Source: Nymphaea colorata
Lineage: Eukaryota
Direction of reading: 5' to 3'
Assembly: GCF_008831285.2 (NCBI RefSeq)
Contig: NC_045138.2
Coordinates: 14,880,001-14,944,000 of the forward strand
DNA: 64,000 nt
Shown here: positions 11,227 through 22,781 of the stretch, in pieces
Numbering within the stretch: the stretch's first letter is position 1
How the letters are laid out: every line of letters begins with the position of its first letter
Notes under the pieces: model-generated
Seen by the model: the letters and a program-made list of their open reading frames with translations, nothing else
Told to the model about the DNA's origin: nothing
Databases searched by the model: none
Position numbers and translations under genes: made by a program

Positions 11227-11614
11227 ATGACGCCGTCAATCCGTCTGATTTGCCCGTGGGAAGCCCATCACCGGAAGCGGACGGAGGCGCCCCGCCACCT
11301 CCTCCTGCACGGACCCTCGCCGGATCTTCCCACCCAGAAATACCGCTCCATGTCGGAAATCATCGCCAATACGGCTCCCCATGTCGCGTTGACCTCTGCC
11401 CCATACGATGACAGCGACGACGACGACGACGACCGCGACGATTATTCGGGTGTCAAGTGCGAGGAGTGCCGCTCCGGTGAATGCGGTGGCGAGATGCTCC
11501 TCTGCGACAAGTGCGACCGTGGGTTCCATATTTTTTGCCTCCGGCCGATCATTGTTAGGGTTCCGACTGGTCCTTGGTTCTGCCCTAGCTGCTCTAGCCA
11601 GAAAACCTCGCGAG
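11227..11614 (+). CDS. ATXR6: Histone H3K27 monomethyltransferase ATXR5/6 family, exon 1 (PHD finger)
   Basis: ATG at 11227; RKRTEAPR; CEECRSG...LLCDKCDRGFHIFCLRPI...WFCPSC PHD finger; G|GTAAT donor. Confidence 0.92.
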
Positions 11615-11713
11615 GTAATTGCGAATCCCTCTTTGCAGATGATTTAGGGCTTCTTTTCTGCTATTTCCTAATAGATGGTATTCTGATCTGGCTTCCCTGG
11701 TGATGTCGCGTAG

Positions 11714-11794
11714 TCTTACGGCTTAGTCAAACGAAGATAATCGATTTCTTCGGCATACAGAAACCAGATAACCCAGTCGAGAAATTTTCAATCG
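11714..11794 (+). CDS. ATXR6: ATXR6-like exon 2 (PCNA-interacting PIP box)
   Basis: TAG acceptor, G|GTATG donor; encodes QTKIIDFF PIP box. Not in the ORF track because it is short. Confidence 0.92.
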
Positions 11795-11908
11795 GTATGC
11801 CTTCTGTCTTCGTTCCTCATATCTCTTATCCCGTGAATAAATCTAAGGGACGGTACTCTTCTGCATGTGTTATTTACTGGCATTGAATTGTAATTGTGGT
11901 CTCGGTAG

Positions 11909-12138
11909 ATGCTCGGAAACGGAGGAGGCGATCAGGGCAATTGGTGATTTCAAAGAAGAAGAGGAGATTGCTGCCGTTCGTTCCGAGTGTGGAACCAGAG
12001 AGAAGATTGGAACAGATGCGTTCGCTTGCTGCAGGTTTGAAGGCATTGAAGATGCAATTCTACGATGACCTGACCTATGTACCTGGAATGGCGCCCAGGT
12101 CGGCCAATGCAGCGAAATTGGAGAAGGGTGGAATGCAG
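11909..12138 (+). CDS. ATXR6: ATXR6-like exon 3
   Basis: RKRRRR...KKKRRLLPFVPS...LTYVPGMAPRSAN...EKGGMQ; CAG|GT donor. Confidence 0.93.
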
Positions 12139-12813
12139 GTGCTTATATTTTCTTGTTTTATTTTAGGATCGAGGTTGCTTTTCCACAGACGTTCGATATC
12201 CTATGAATAACACTGTGATAATTTTCTCCTTTGGAAGTACAAGGCGAAATCCTAGCTTTCCTCTTTCTATTATCATGGTGTGGTGCTATGCACAAGAAAC
12301 ACGAAATGCACTACAATACTATAAAACATTTGACTTGTTTGATGTTTTGTCAAGCCGAAGTGTGTGAACTCAGACAGAACGAGCATCTGGAGTCAAGTTA
12401 GACAGGTGTCTTTAGATTGTTGGACGGATTTCTTCGTTCATGTAGGTGGATGAACTGGTTGCATGGGCCAAGAAAAAGGGTATTGAAGTTGCATTGCTGG
12501 GGTTTGGCCAGCTGTGCACTGAATTACTTAGGGTGATATCTCGTCCTTCGTTCTCATGATCAGTAGGCCTTGCATCATCATCTACCTTGGTTCAGGTTGT
12601 GTCTATCGTTCGTTTTGTTTCTTGGCATAGTGCATACACCGTACACTAGCCTTTCATATATCCCTGATTTCGGTTTCTCTTTTAACACTTCATCAGTCCC
12701 AATATATTTAAATGCGGTTTTAAGTTTGCCTTTCGCCATTAAAATTTGTGAAGAGTTACTGTGGAAACTAAGATTCAATCTTCTAACAAATTTATCTATT
12801 TTGTTTTCAACAG

Positions 12814-12914
12814 GTTTTATCTAAAGAAGATACGCAAACCCTAGATCAATGCAAGGCAATGTACAAACGTGGAGAAGGGCCTCCTCTTCTTGTTACTTTT
12901 GACCCCTTTGAAGG
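12814..12914 (+). CDS. ATXR6: ATXR6-like exon 4
   Basis: AACAG acceptor; VLSKEDTQTLDQCKAMYKRGEGPPLLVTFDPFEG; GG|GTAAT donor. Confidence 0.93.
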
Positions 12915-12921
12915 GTAATTA

Positions 12922-12985
<64 letters not shown>

Positions 12986-13038
12986 ATCTATGTGCGTGTG
13001 CATGTTTGTAATCAGAAAAAACTTGTGGTTTCATGCAG

Positions 13039-13251
13039 CTTTACAGTGGAAGCAGATGCACTTATAAAGGATCTGACAATAATCACCGAGTACGTTGGGG
13101 ATGTTGATTATTTGACAAATCGTGAAAATGATGACTGTGATAGCATGATGACACTCCTTTCAGCTGAAAATCCATCGGATAGTCTTGTCATCTGTCCTGA
13201 TAAACGTGGAAATATTGCACGGTTCATCAATGGAATCAACAATTACACCTC
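13039..13251 (+). CDS. ATXR6: ATXR6-like exon 5 (SET domain)
   Basis: FTVEAD...EYVGDVDY...DSMMTLL...NIARFINGINN; TC|GTAAGT donor. Confidence 0.95.
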
Positions 13252-13466
13252 GTAAGTGGATGCCTACTTTGATGGTTTTTGTTTTTCTTGTCATGTTCAG
13301 CACTTAGTCAACATAATAAGATCCATGCATGATTTGATGGCATGAAGTGTCCTGTAATGTTCTGTAAACTTATTGACTTTTTGTACGAGTCTTCATATTG
13401 AGTTAACCTTGTTATGATGTGTGCGTTTTATTTGATAACTTACGTTTTACACTTTCTTTTACGCAG

Positions 13467-13626
13467 GGAGGGTAGGAAGAAGCAAAATTTGAAATGTGTC
13501 AGATATAGTGTAAATGGTGAATGCCGGGTTCTCATTGTTGCTAACAGGGACATTGCTAAGGGTGAAAGGCTATATTATGACTACAACGGATATGAGCATG
13601 AGTACCCAACTGAGCATTTCGTCTGA
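13467..13626 (+). CDS. ATXR6: ATXR6-like exon 6 (SET C-terminus)
   Basis: KKQNLKCVRY...GERLYYDYNGYEHEYPTEHFV*; spliced CDS 1173 nt = 390 aa. QTKIIDFF and PTEHFV favour ATXR6 over ATXR5. Confidence 0.95.
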
Positions 13627-15832
13627 GCAAGCTCAAGGACTAATTGGAAAATTAAATCTCACAAATTATTTTTCTTTTTGACATCGATTCCTTTAGCCAT
13701 TGTTTAACCTCTTTGTCAACATGGCCCCTAATTAGCCATGAAAAGAGATGGGATCAAAAATTTTGTTGATTAAACTGATGTAAAGCACGTCTCATTCAAT
13801 GAAGATGCTTCTGAAAACTGAAGCAAATGCTTATCTACAATCTTTCTCTTCTCAAGGACACTGGCACTTTGTATAAATGTTGTTGGATGTTGCAAGTAAA
13901 TCTGGGGATTGTTACCATTCACCCCCAATTTTCCACTTTTTGTTTCAGATTAATTCACAACTGGTTTTTGATTGAGTTTTTGTGCCCCTTGATAGAGTTC
14001 GCTATTAATGTGATTCCTAAGCTGGTAAAGATTCTTTTTGCCGTCAGGTTTTATGACATTGCCATTTGCTCTAAACTGTAGTTGTGTCGTGAATGTTTCT
14101 GTTGGAAGCATTGTTGTGTCATGAACATTCTATGGCTGACTTATTTAAAGGTGTTCAAGAGTACTGATGAATTTTCTTGCTTTTGGAGGAGACTGGGTAT
14201 AGGCCTACTTGATGAAATCTCAAAATCCCTGTTAAAGGCAATTGGTGTCAAGTGTCAACCTGTAGTTTTTCTAACTTTCTATTTCGATTTTACATTTTAA
14301 ACCATGCACCATGAGCTTTTCCTTGGGAGTGATGCTTTTGAATTCTTGCCCTTTAGGAAGAGGAGGATCTGTCTGCTGTTTTAGCATGTACCTCTACCTG
14401 GTAGGAATTTTTAGACAGGAAAGTTCCGTGTGGTTATCAACGTTATTGAGGACAACACAGACTTGATAATGCCCGCCAAGGTTCTCTTTAGCTATCAGGT
14501 TGCATGCTAAACAAAATTTAGGTTGTGTTGGAGATTATTAGCTATGAATGCTGCATGAATCCCCTTTTTGAATGATGTTGTCTGTTCTCTGCTAATATTG
14601 TGTTGGTCTTCTCAGACTTGCAGTGCATTCAGTCCCACAGACAGTGGTCCACCAAGGAAGTTTATCTGCATGCTTCTATCATGGTTTCATACTTTCTAAC
14701 TCAAAATTTTTGCCGTCATAGTATATGTTTTAGGATAAGTTTGATCGAGAAATAGCAAGAAGAAACACTAAGGAATTAGGATTTCTAAAGCACATTACCT
14801 AGAGACCTTTCTGGTTCAAATTGTGAATTCAGACGCTATTCTGCAAAAATGGAAATTTACATTATGGAACCATCAAGCGTCTGTTGCCGTTGGAAACATT
14901 AACTGATTTAAAGTATCTTAAAGCAGGCTTGATTAGCGTTTGACATGCATATTTGGTGTCAGGTCCTAAAGTTTTAGATGCTAAATCTCAATCATTTTAA
15001 CCACCCGTTCTACAGCTAAATTGAAGTGGGTGCGTAGTTCTGTTATGGTTGTGAACTGTACTAGTATTTTACTCCTGGGTTTTGGTTTCTAGGTAATATT
15101 CTACCAATAATTCATAATTTAGCAAATTAAGCTTTACAATTTCGTGAAAGGTAAAGTTTGATATTATGCGAAAGCTGGCATCTATGCATAGGGTAAGTTT
15201 CTGTGCAGAGTCCAGGGCTCCTACACTTTGAAGTTTTAAGGGTATTGGATCTCCAATCCTGCCATGTTTTAATAGTTAATTTATGCCCGAAATGCTTTGA
15301 CAATGATTTATGAAGAGGAAGCACCTCAGGGCTTGCCAAGTTACTGCATAATTCACATAATTCACAAAATTAACAAAGATGCTGCAAATTGTGTCATTTA
15401 AGTAGGAATTTTGGATGCAGCATTTCACTTTTATTTCATGCCCTTCACAGTATCCCATTAGTTTGTTGATCAAATCATGTGAAATCTTGGGAACTTTTCC
15501 TGCAAAGCCACCATGCTGGAAGTATGCACCATAAGTTTATTAAACATTCCTTTGCTTACAGTTGATGATTGACATATTCAAATTCCTACCATCCTGTCCT
15601 GTTTGAAAACTCCTATCAAGTCATCAAGTTGTCTTGTTTGTTCGAAAAGCTGATGATTGGCACATAGTTTTCTCACTTGGAAAAGGACATGGTTACTGGT
15701 CAATACCCGCCTATTGTGAGTTCATCTTTTGCGTTTCTTTCAATGAGGGAGAAGCTTAGTCCCAATATTGTTCTGGTGAGCCTGGCATGGACGTGACATG
15801 GTTTGATTTTTAATTTATCTAGAACATAAAGA

Positions 15833-15866
<34 letters not shown>

Positions 15867-16103
15867 TTTAAAACTTGCCTAATATCAATGTAAGTTCTTG
15901 GATGATGTCAACTAGCAATTCTATCACACGTAGTAATTCAATCTTTATTCTTGGATGTGCTCAAATACGTGGGTACTTTTCATTGATGACACTAAGAAGG
16001 TAAATAAGAAAAGGCAAAACTAACACATATGGCGCCATTCATAGTTGCATACTCAGTGATCTAAATCTGTTTGTCTTTGCACAGTAAATCTGTATCATTT
16101 TGA

Positions 16104-16254
16104 GTGGTCATTTGGATAATAGGATGATAATATGATGTTGTTAGATTCATAGAACATACCATTCTATGAACCAAACCAAAAAAAATTGGAGTACATTCAT
16201 GAAACATCGATACTCATAGAATGATATGCTGCCATTTAATTATCCAAATGCCCC
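16104..16254. mobile_element. Tourist-like (PIF/Harbinger) MITE
   Basis: Inverted termini GTGGTCATTTGGATAAT / ATTATCCAAATGCCCC; flanked by TGA / TAA. Confidence 0.6.
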
Positions 16255-16820
16255 TAAAGGATCTACTTGATATTCATGCAACTAGGTTATTTAAGTGGTC
16301 TTGGAATGATCCACCCATGAGATATAAAGCTTGATATTCATAAAATCATGTTTTTAACATACAAAAGGAATCCAAGTATCCGAATTACTGAATAAACTCT
16401 ATCGAATGCATTGCTACTTGATTTGAGTTGACGCAAGTTTCACACAATTTCGCCAGATACTTCTGCAATTTTGATGTCACGAAATATTTTCCAAATAAAC
16501 ATGCGATATTTTAGTAAACGGCAGATACAAGTCTTCACCCATAACTGGAGTAACACATTAGAAAAAAATTATATGCAACTCACATGCTTCCAATAGAGAA
16601 AAAAACAATGCAGATAAAGAGATCACGCCTAGGGTCATATTCACCACGCATTTAATGCAAAATCTTATAAAAAAAATTTTGTGTTTTGTTGGTCAATGAT
16701 ATGATTTCTTCTCATTTGTTTGAAACCCTATTAGAATGTCAAAACTATTTTACTGTATGATACCAAGATCACTTCCATGGCCACCGAAGCATTATCAATA
16801 ATGTAAAATCAAAGAGTCTC

Positions 16821-16858
<38 letters not shown>

Positions 16859-17530
16859 GAAGCTGTCCAATTTAGCATATTTTACAAGAAAACGGTAGCC
16901 TCTTCTAATTGTTGCATTTGAAACAATGATCCATTTATGAAGTTACATATTTTCAGGGGAATAAAAAATATATATCCCTAACCTACAAGCAATTCATAAG
17001 TCCACCTTTGCCTAATATTTGCTGACAAAGTTACCTGATATTTAAGCTGGGACAAAACCCATATTGGGTTTTGCTTAACCATGGTTAGCAGCTTAAAATG
17101 GCTTATGTTGTCATCACCATTCAAACTGGCCGCGCTTCTCTCCCCTTTTAAAGCTTCTGTGTCATCTTGCTTGAAGGAAAACAAATTTGTCATCAAATTT
17201 GTGTTTATTTGGACAACTGGTCGGAGTGGAATTCATTTGCGTTGACAATTTTACAGTGTTGCTCACGCTTACATCTTCAATAAAAACAATATTAACTCGC
17301 ACTCAGATCTTTCACTAAAGCAGTAAGCTTTGTGGCCAATGTGGTCACTAGACCTTTATTGTTTGGCCCATAATGTTTTAATTTAAGGCCAAACTAAGTT
17401 TTGACAAAGTTGCTTGACAGTAACCCCCAATCCTGGATGTGAACTATTTGTTCTTCTTATATGGATGATATAAGACTCTTAATTATTGTTTAAGAGAAAG
17501 CACCATAAGGTGATAGACAGTTTTGATGGC

Positions 17531-17795
17531 GAACTACAATTAAGCAAATGAATGACCTAAATCTCATTTATATAGTTTTGTATTTTGCCGTTAGAATCAA
17601 GTAAATGAATCTTTATACATGTAATTACAAGATAAACTTATTGGTGAACCACAATAAAGCAAATGAAGGACCCAAATCATGTTCATATCATAGCATATTT
17701 GTGACTACAATTATTAAAACGAATCTCCATAAATATAATTTCAAGTTAAACTCATTGGATAAACTACAATTGAACAAATGAATGACCTAAATGTG
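17531..17795. repeat. Degenerate tandem repeat, period 115 bp, about 2.3 copies
   Basis: AACYACAAT..CAAATGAA.GACC.AAAT recurs at 17531, 17646 and 17761. Confidence 0.75.
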
Positions 17796-18309
17796 ATTAA
17801 TTTCATTACTTACTTTTGATTAATGACAATATAACAAGGTTGATTGATATGTGGCCCTTGAAGTTGTTTCAAGATTAACAAAGTAACCGACCTCATGGAT
17901 TATGAGGCTGTTTTCTGCGTTATATAGGGGTTCTTCACTATTTCACCATCAAAGGTATTTTCACCATTTCAGGCCCCTAACACACTATCTCGTGTTAAGG
18001 CTTAACATACAACCTTCTGTACATGGACTTTGTGCTCGTAAACTCAACCAACTTGATTTGTCAGTTGATTCATGGGAGCAACATGTAATACACTATTCGG
18101 TTTTTGTATTCTAAGAACATTTAAGTTCCTATATACTTCATTTATTTTTTTTTTTCAGAAAATGAACATACTAAATGTTTTCTAACAGCTGATTCAGTGA
18201 TTCTATTCGATTTTCGATTCTTGAAAGACGGTGACCTTGTTTTGATACGCATGTATAGAATTTATATGTTTGGTTTTCGTTCACCAGCTCGCCTCGAAGC
18301 GCGTACGTC

Positions 18310-18758
18310 CTTCAACTTGAACGACTTTGAAGTTGACCCACTTAGCCATGTTGGTGAATTTCTCAGAGGCACATACCCTGTTTGCTTGTTACTTCAAATC
18401 CAAGTAAAATCTCTCTCTCTCTCTCTCTCTCTCTACCCATGTGTGATGATCATGAGATTGCTGCACATGATGCAATGATACACCCACAAGACCACCCCAT
18501 GTGATGACCTACTGAACAAGCATATGCACATAACTTGTGAACTCATCTTCCTCCCATGGCAAGTAAGCGTGCCTTCATCTTCATGTAAACTTCAAAGGAG
18601 CTTGATGATTGCAGCAGCATAGTTTCTCATGTGGCTTGCAGCACCAGTTATCAGCACCATCATTTTCTGTTCATTGGACTCAAAATCCATCGATTTGATA
18701 GATGTGTACTCTACCAACGCGGCCAAGCGGGGTTTGACTTAAGACCTTCAAGTTGAAG
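18310..18758 (-). ncRNA. Candidate long fold-back RNA (putative pri-miRNA / hairpin RNA)
   Basis: 46-nt arms 18713-18758 and 18310-18355 pair, with G:U wobbles only on the minus strand; several nested inner helices in the correct order; TATATA at 18894-18899 followed by a (CTT)n patch upstream on the minus strand. Confidence 0.55.
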
Positions 18759-20267
18759 TTGAAGATTTGCGGCCGAAAAATTCGACTTCTGGGGACGTAA
18801 AAGTCTCGAATTCTCTTCCTGCAAACTGGTAGAAGTTTGCAGTTTACTTCAAGAAAAAAAAAACAGAAAGAAGAAGAAGAAGAAGAAGAAGTGTATATAG
18901 TGGGGGACTCATATGAGAACCGGCCCACATAAGGAAATGTAATAATGTGTGGGGATCAATCTGTTCCAGATCTTCGGAGATAAGAAGTCCACTTCAAAGG
19001 CTCATCTACTCCACATGATGAGCATGCCCACGTAATCATGATATGGATCCTGATTTAGTTTGACCTGATCCAAATACAGCTTGTCAAAATTATTGAGCTC
19101 AGGCAGCTCACATGGGCATGGACATAGGGATGGCAACAAGGTCCAGTACTACAGCTACAACACGTCGAAGATTGGGTCAGAAGCAGATCTGGTTTATTAA
19201 GAAAAAAATGGAAAACCCTCACACAGATCCAACCCATTTGCATTCCGACTCGAACCCAGTTTTGCATAAAGAAGTGCAAATCTAGTCATGGATCTAGTTT
19301 GAACCATTTTCTTAGAACCAATTTGACAAACAGAACAATATGTAACTGTTTCATGAACATGACAAAAAAAATAATTGAGGCAGGATCATAGAACACCTTA
19401 AAAGGGGTTCTATGAAACTTCGTCTAAAACAATTACAAATTGTTCAATTTACCGAACTCACCCTTAATTGAACAAATATTGTTTGTATGCCTATAACTAG
19501 TTAAATTGATTGGGCTTTAATGCACTTAATCAAGCTTCTTGCTTAGTCATGCTTGTCTTAGAGAATCCCGGATTGTTAAATAAGGTGTAATTCAATATTG
19601 GACATTTCTGGTAAAGAAGAGAACACTGGGGCAAATTGATGAACAGTTTGTTACTTTAACACTGTTCCCATTGCCCACTTGGGTAAAGTATGGTTAGGAA
19701 AACGCCATGTTCTCTAAGCACATCTTCCCAGAATGATTATTTCAAGAATATCATATTTTTATTCAAGGAAACATTATGTATGTTGTCCAAAAATCTAATA
19801 ACTAAATGGTAGATATAATCACAATACATTTTTTTAGAAACAAGAACATATTGATGTTAGAATAAGGTTTTTGAGGAATATAAAACAATGTTTTTCTTAT
19901 CAAACACCCCTTTAAGGCTACCCCAAACAGTTCATGCACATCTTAAATGATAATTGACTAAAATAATTTCTCCATTATCATCAAGCCAGGTAAATCAAAT
20001 TCAGATCCAACGAATCCAATATCCAAAACCGTTAACGTCACAGATCCAGGCTCATTTACCCGACCCACCCTTCCCGCTTCTCCCCGAGTGCCCCCCTCCA
20101 GCAAAGTCTCATGTCAGAGCCGTTAAGGTCAACGAAGGAGTTGACTTTATTGACCACAGAAAGTGGACAGAAATAGGCATCTGAGAGTGTAGGGGACCTT
20201 TTGGTCTTTTCAGGGGATGTCAAGGGACGGCTCCGTGGGGAATCGTGTCCCGAAATCCTCGCCGTCG

Positions 20268-20339
20268 CACGTGTGGATCGGACGACACGCCGCTCCGGCC
20301 GTGTGGGTTTCCCACGTCAGCCACGTAGGCTTGCACGTG
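20268..20339. promoter_or_regulatory. G-box/ABRE cluster upstream of the Dof gene
   Basis: CACGTG 20268, CCACGTC 20312, CCACGTA 20321, CACGTG 20334 within a GC-rich island. Confidence 0.45.
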
Positions 20340-21923
20340 CAAGTCACGCCCCCTCACTTTTAGGTTCCTCTAATACCCCTACATGAAAGGGAATTGACGT
20401 TCTGACCCAGTCGGTTCGACTTAAACGCACGGTGCCCCTTGAAGCACCGGTGCCGGAGTTAAATAAGAAAAAAAAAAAAAAGGAAAAATCGAGGGAAGCA
20501 CATCTACGTTTTATATTTTTATCTTTTAAGGAATATAATTCAACATTTTCAATATAATTTAACATTCAATTGGATTTTTCACTATATTTTTTTTCTTTAT
20601 ATATATATAAATAAAGCATACTTTGATGAACTGACCGTGGGTAGGCGCTTTCCTGAGGCATGGTAAGTGCAGCCGCTACCTACCTTATTCAATTTGCTAA
20701 CCAACCTTGGTGGAAAGAGGTGACGTGGGTGGATTGAGCTGGGTCAAACGACCTGGGTCCTCCTTATTTAAGTGCTCTTAAATATATCGGCACTGCCCTC
20801 TCGTGAGAGGAAGGTCTAGGGGCTATGGCAAAGACGGTTCCTATATATCAAACTCAATTGTTCATTGTTGTTCATTGCATTTTTAAGACAACTACGTATT
20901 ATATTTTTCGCTAGTCGTAGCTAAAACTTGTGAGAATGAAGCTTCTGCCGGGCTTTCATACGTCTTGCGTTGCTTGATAAGATAGGTTAAGCTAAGTTAC
21001 ATCCCGTAGTCAAATCTCCCAGGCCATCTTAATTGTTGAAGCAACTTGCAACTCTATTTGCCTTGCCGCTCCCAAGTGGACTCGTGACTGGGTCAAGTGG
21101 AGAACCGAGCCCGGCCAGGTTGATGGGTCAAGCGGCGCCGAGCCCAGTCAGCCGTCGGGCCAGGGGACAGGTTAGTCAGCGAAAGGGATGGCCAAGGTTA
21201 TTTGGGTAATTGAGTTGACCCGCCCCACGACGCCTTCGGGCGGTTACGCCGTTCTCACTCCATTCCCACCCTGAGCGGCAACCGCACCCCCTTCCCTACC
21301 CCTAGCCAATTGCGACTTAACACGTGTCCCGAGGGCTTCCCCCACCCTTCCCTCGCTATCAACGTCCCTCTCCCATCCCTATGTCATTTGCATGCACACT
21401 CCTCCAAAGCAAACCCCTCTCTCTCTCTCTAAAATACTTTTATTTCCATCCGTTGGTGATCATCGCTCACCTGTTCCTCTTCCTGCCACCTTTCCTGAAA
21501 TCACAGGAGGTTGATCCTAATAGATGCAGTGAGGTACCATTGATTTTTCTTTCTTCTGGGTGAGCTCAAAGTAGCGAATTGTTGCGTTGCTGTTCTGTTG
21601 GTTGAATTTTCGTTTTCACTTTGTCCTGATTTCGGCTAATCGCATGCCCCGATTGTCCGCAGTATTTCTAAGCCATTGATCATTGCTTTTTAATGCTTTT
21701 GTAAACGTGTCGTGCATGATCCTTCTTGTTCCAAGTTTCTGCCTCAATTTCCTGACTTTTGCTGTCATGCCAAGTTTTTCCGTGTCGATGGTTGAGGTGG
21801 TGTTCCATAAGAAATTTCTGCTTTCCTTTCTAAATTTCGCTCAATCTTTTTTGGTGCGGCAATAGATGATACGCCGCCCTGTGACTGACTTGAGACATGA
21901 ATTTTTCGTCCTTTTAGTTAACG

Positions 21924-22781
21924 ATGTTCGGCTCAGGGCAGAAGACAGCACCATATTTCCAAAGGCCGTTGACGGAGAAAGTATGGAGACCCAACACAGA
22001 GGTGGCTCCGAACTGCCCGAGGTGTGAGTCCACCAACACGAAATTCTGCTACTATAACAACTACAGCCTCACCCAGCCCCGCTACTTCTGTAAGACCTGC
22101 CGAAGGTACTGGACCAAGGGAGGTTCCCTGAGGAATGTCCCCGTTGGTGGTGGCTGCAGGAAGAACAGGAGGGGAAAGTCCACAAGGGGTTCCAGTGATC
22201 GTGATCTGAATTCCTTAGATTCGAGCAGTTTATCATCCGATTCTGATCCCTCCAGGAACTGCGGCCGTCCCCAAGGCGAGGCCAGCAGCGACGGAGCACC
22301 AGATATTGATCTAGCCGTTGTCTATGAGAAATTCATGTCGCAGCAACCAGAGGCTCTCAATTTTGATCAGACTCAGCCTGGACAATCACAAACCAGTTCA
22401 GCAATATTGCTGCCAGATGTTTCTCCGCAGTTTGGTTCGAGTTTTGAGATCGGAATCGATCGCAATATGTCCAATTTTGGTGCAGCTCAGGCCAACAGTG
22501 AGGTGGGTGCACAATTCCAGAGGTTCTGTGGTCAGGATGCAGTGAGGGAGCTGGGTGATGTGTTTCACGAATTCAGAGAGGAAGAATTCTATGGTTCTAC
22601 GGGGTTCGAGTGTGATTTGGGTCTTCAAGAAATTGTTGATCCAGCAATTCCAAGTTCTAGTTGGCAGCAGCAAATCGTGGAAGAGCCTCCAAGAGCAGAA
22701 CATTTTAATTTCTGCCCAGATTATTTTGTGCCCAACTGCTGGAGCTCCACTGATCTGCAGAGTTATGGGTCTTTGTATTAG
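21924..22781 (+). CDS. DOF3.5: Dof zinc finger transcription factor, DOF1.2/DOF3.5 clade (285 aa)
   Basis: [50 protein letters not shown]of domain; clade motifs [12 protein letters not shown] and [10 protein letters not shown]; single coding exon, probable 5'UTR intron 21534-21917. Confidence 0.93.
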   Translation: MFGSGQKTAPYFQRPLTEKVWRPNTEVAPNCPRCESTNTKFCYYNNYSLTQPRYFCKTCRRYWTKGGSLRNVPVGGGCRKNRRGKSTRGSSDRDLNSLDSSSLSSDSDPSRNCGRPQGEASSDGAPDIDLAVVYEKFMSQQPEALNFDQTQPGQSQTSSAILLPDVSPQFGSSFEIGIDRNMSNFGAAQANSEVGAQFQRFCGQDAVRELGDVFHEFREEEFYGSTGFECDLGLQEIVDPAIPSSSWQQQIVEEPPRAEHFNFCPDYFVPNCWSSTDLQSYGSLY

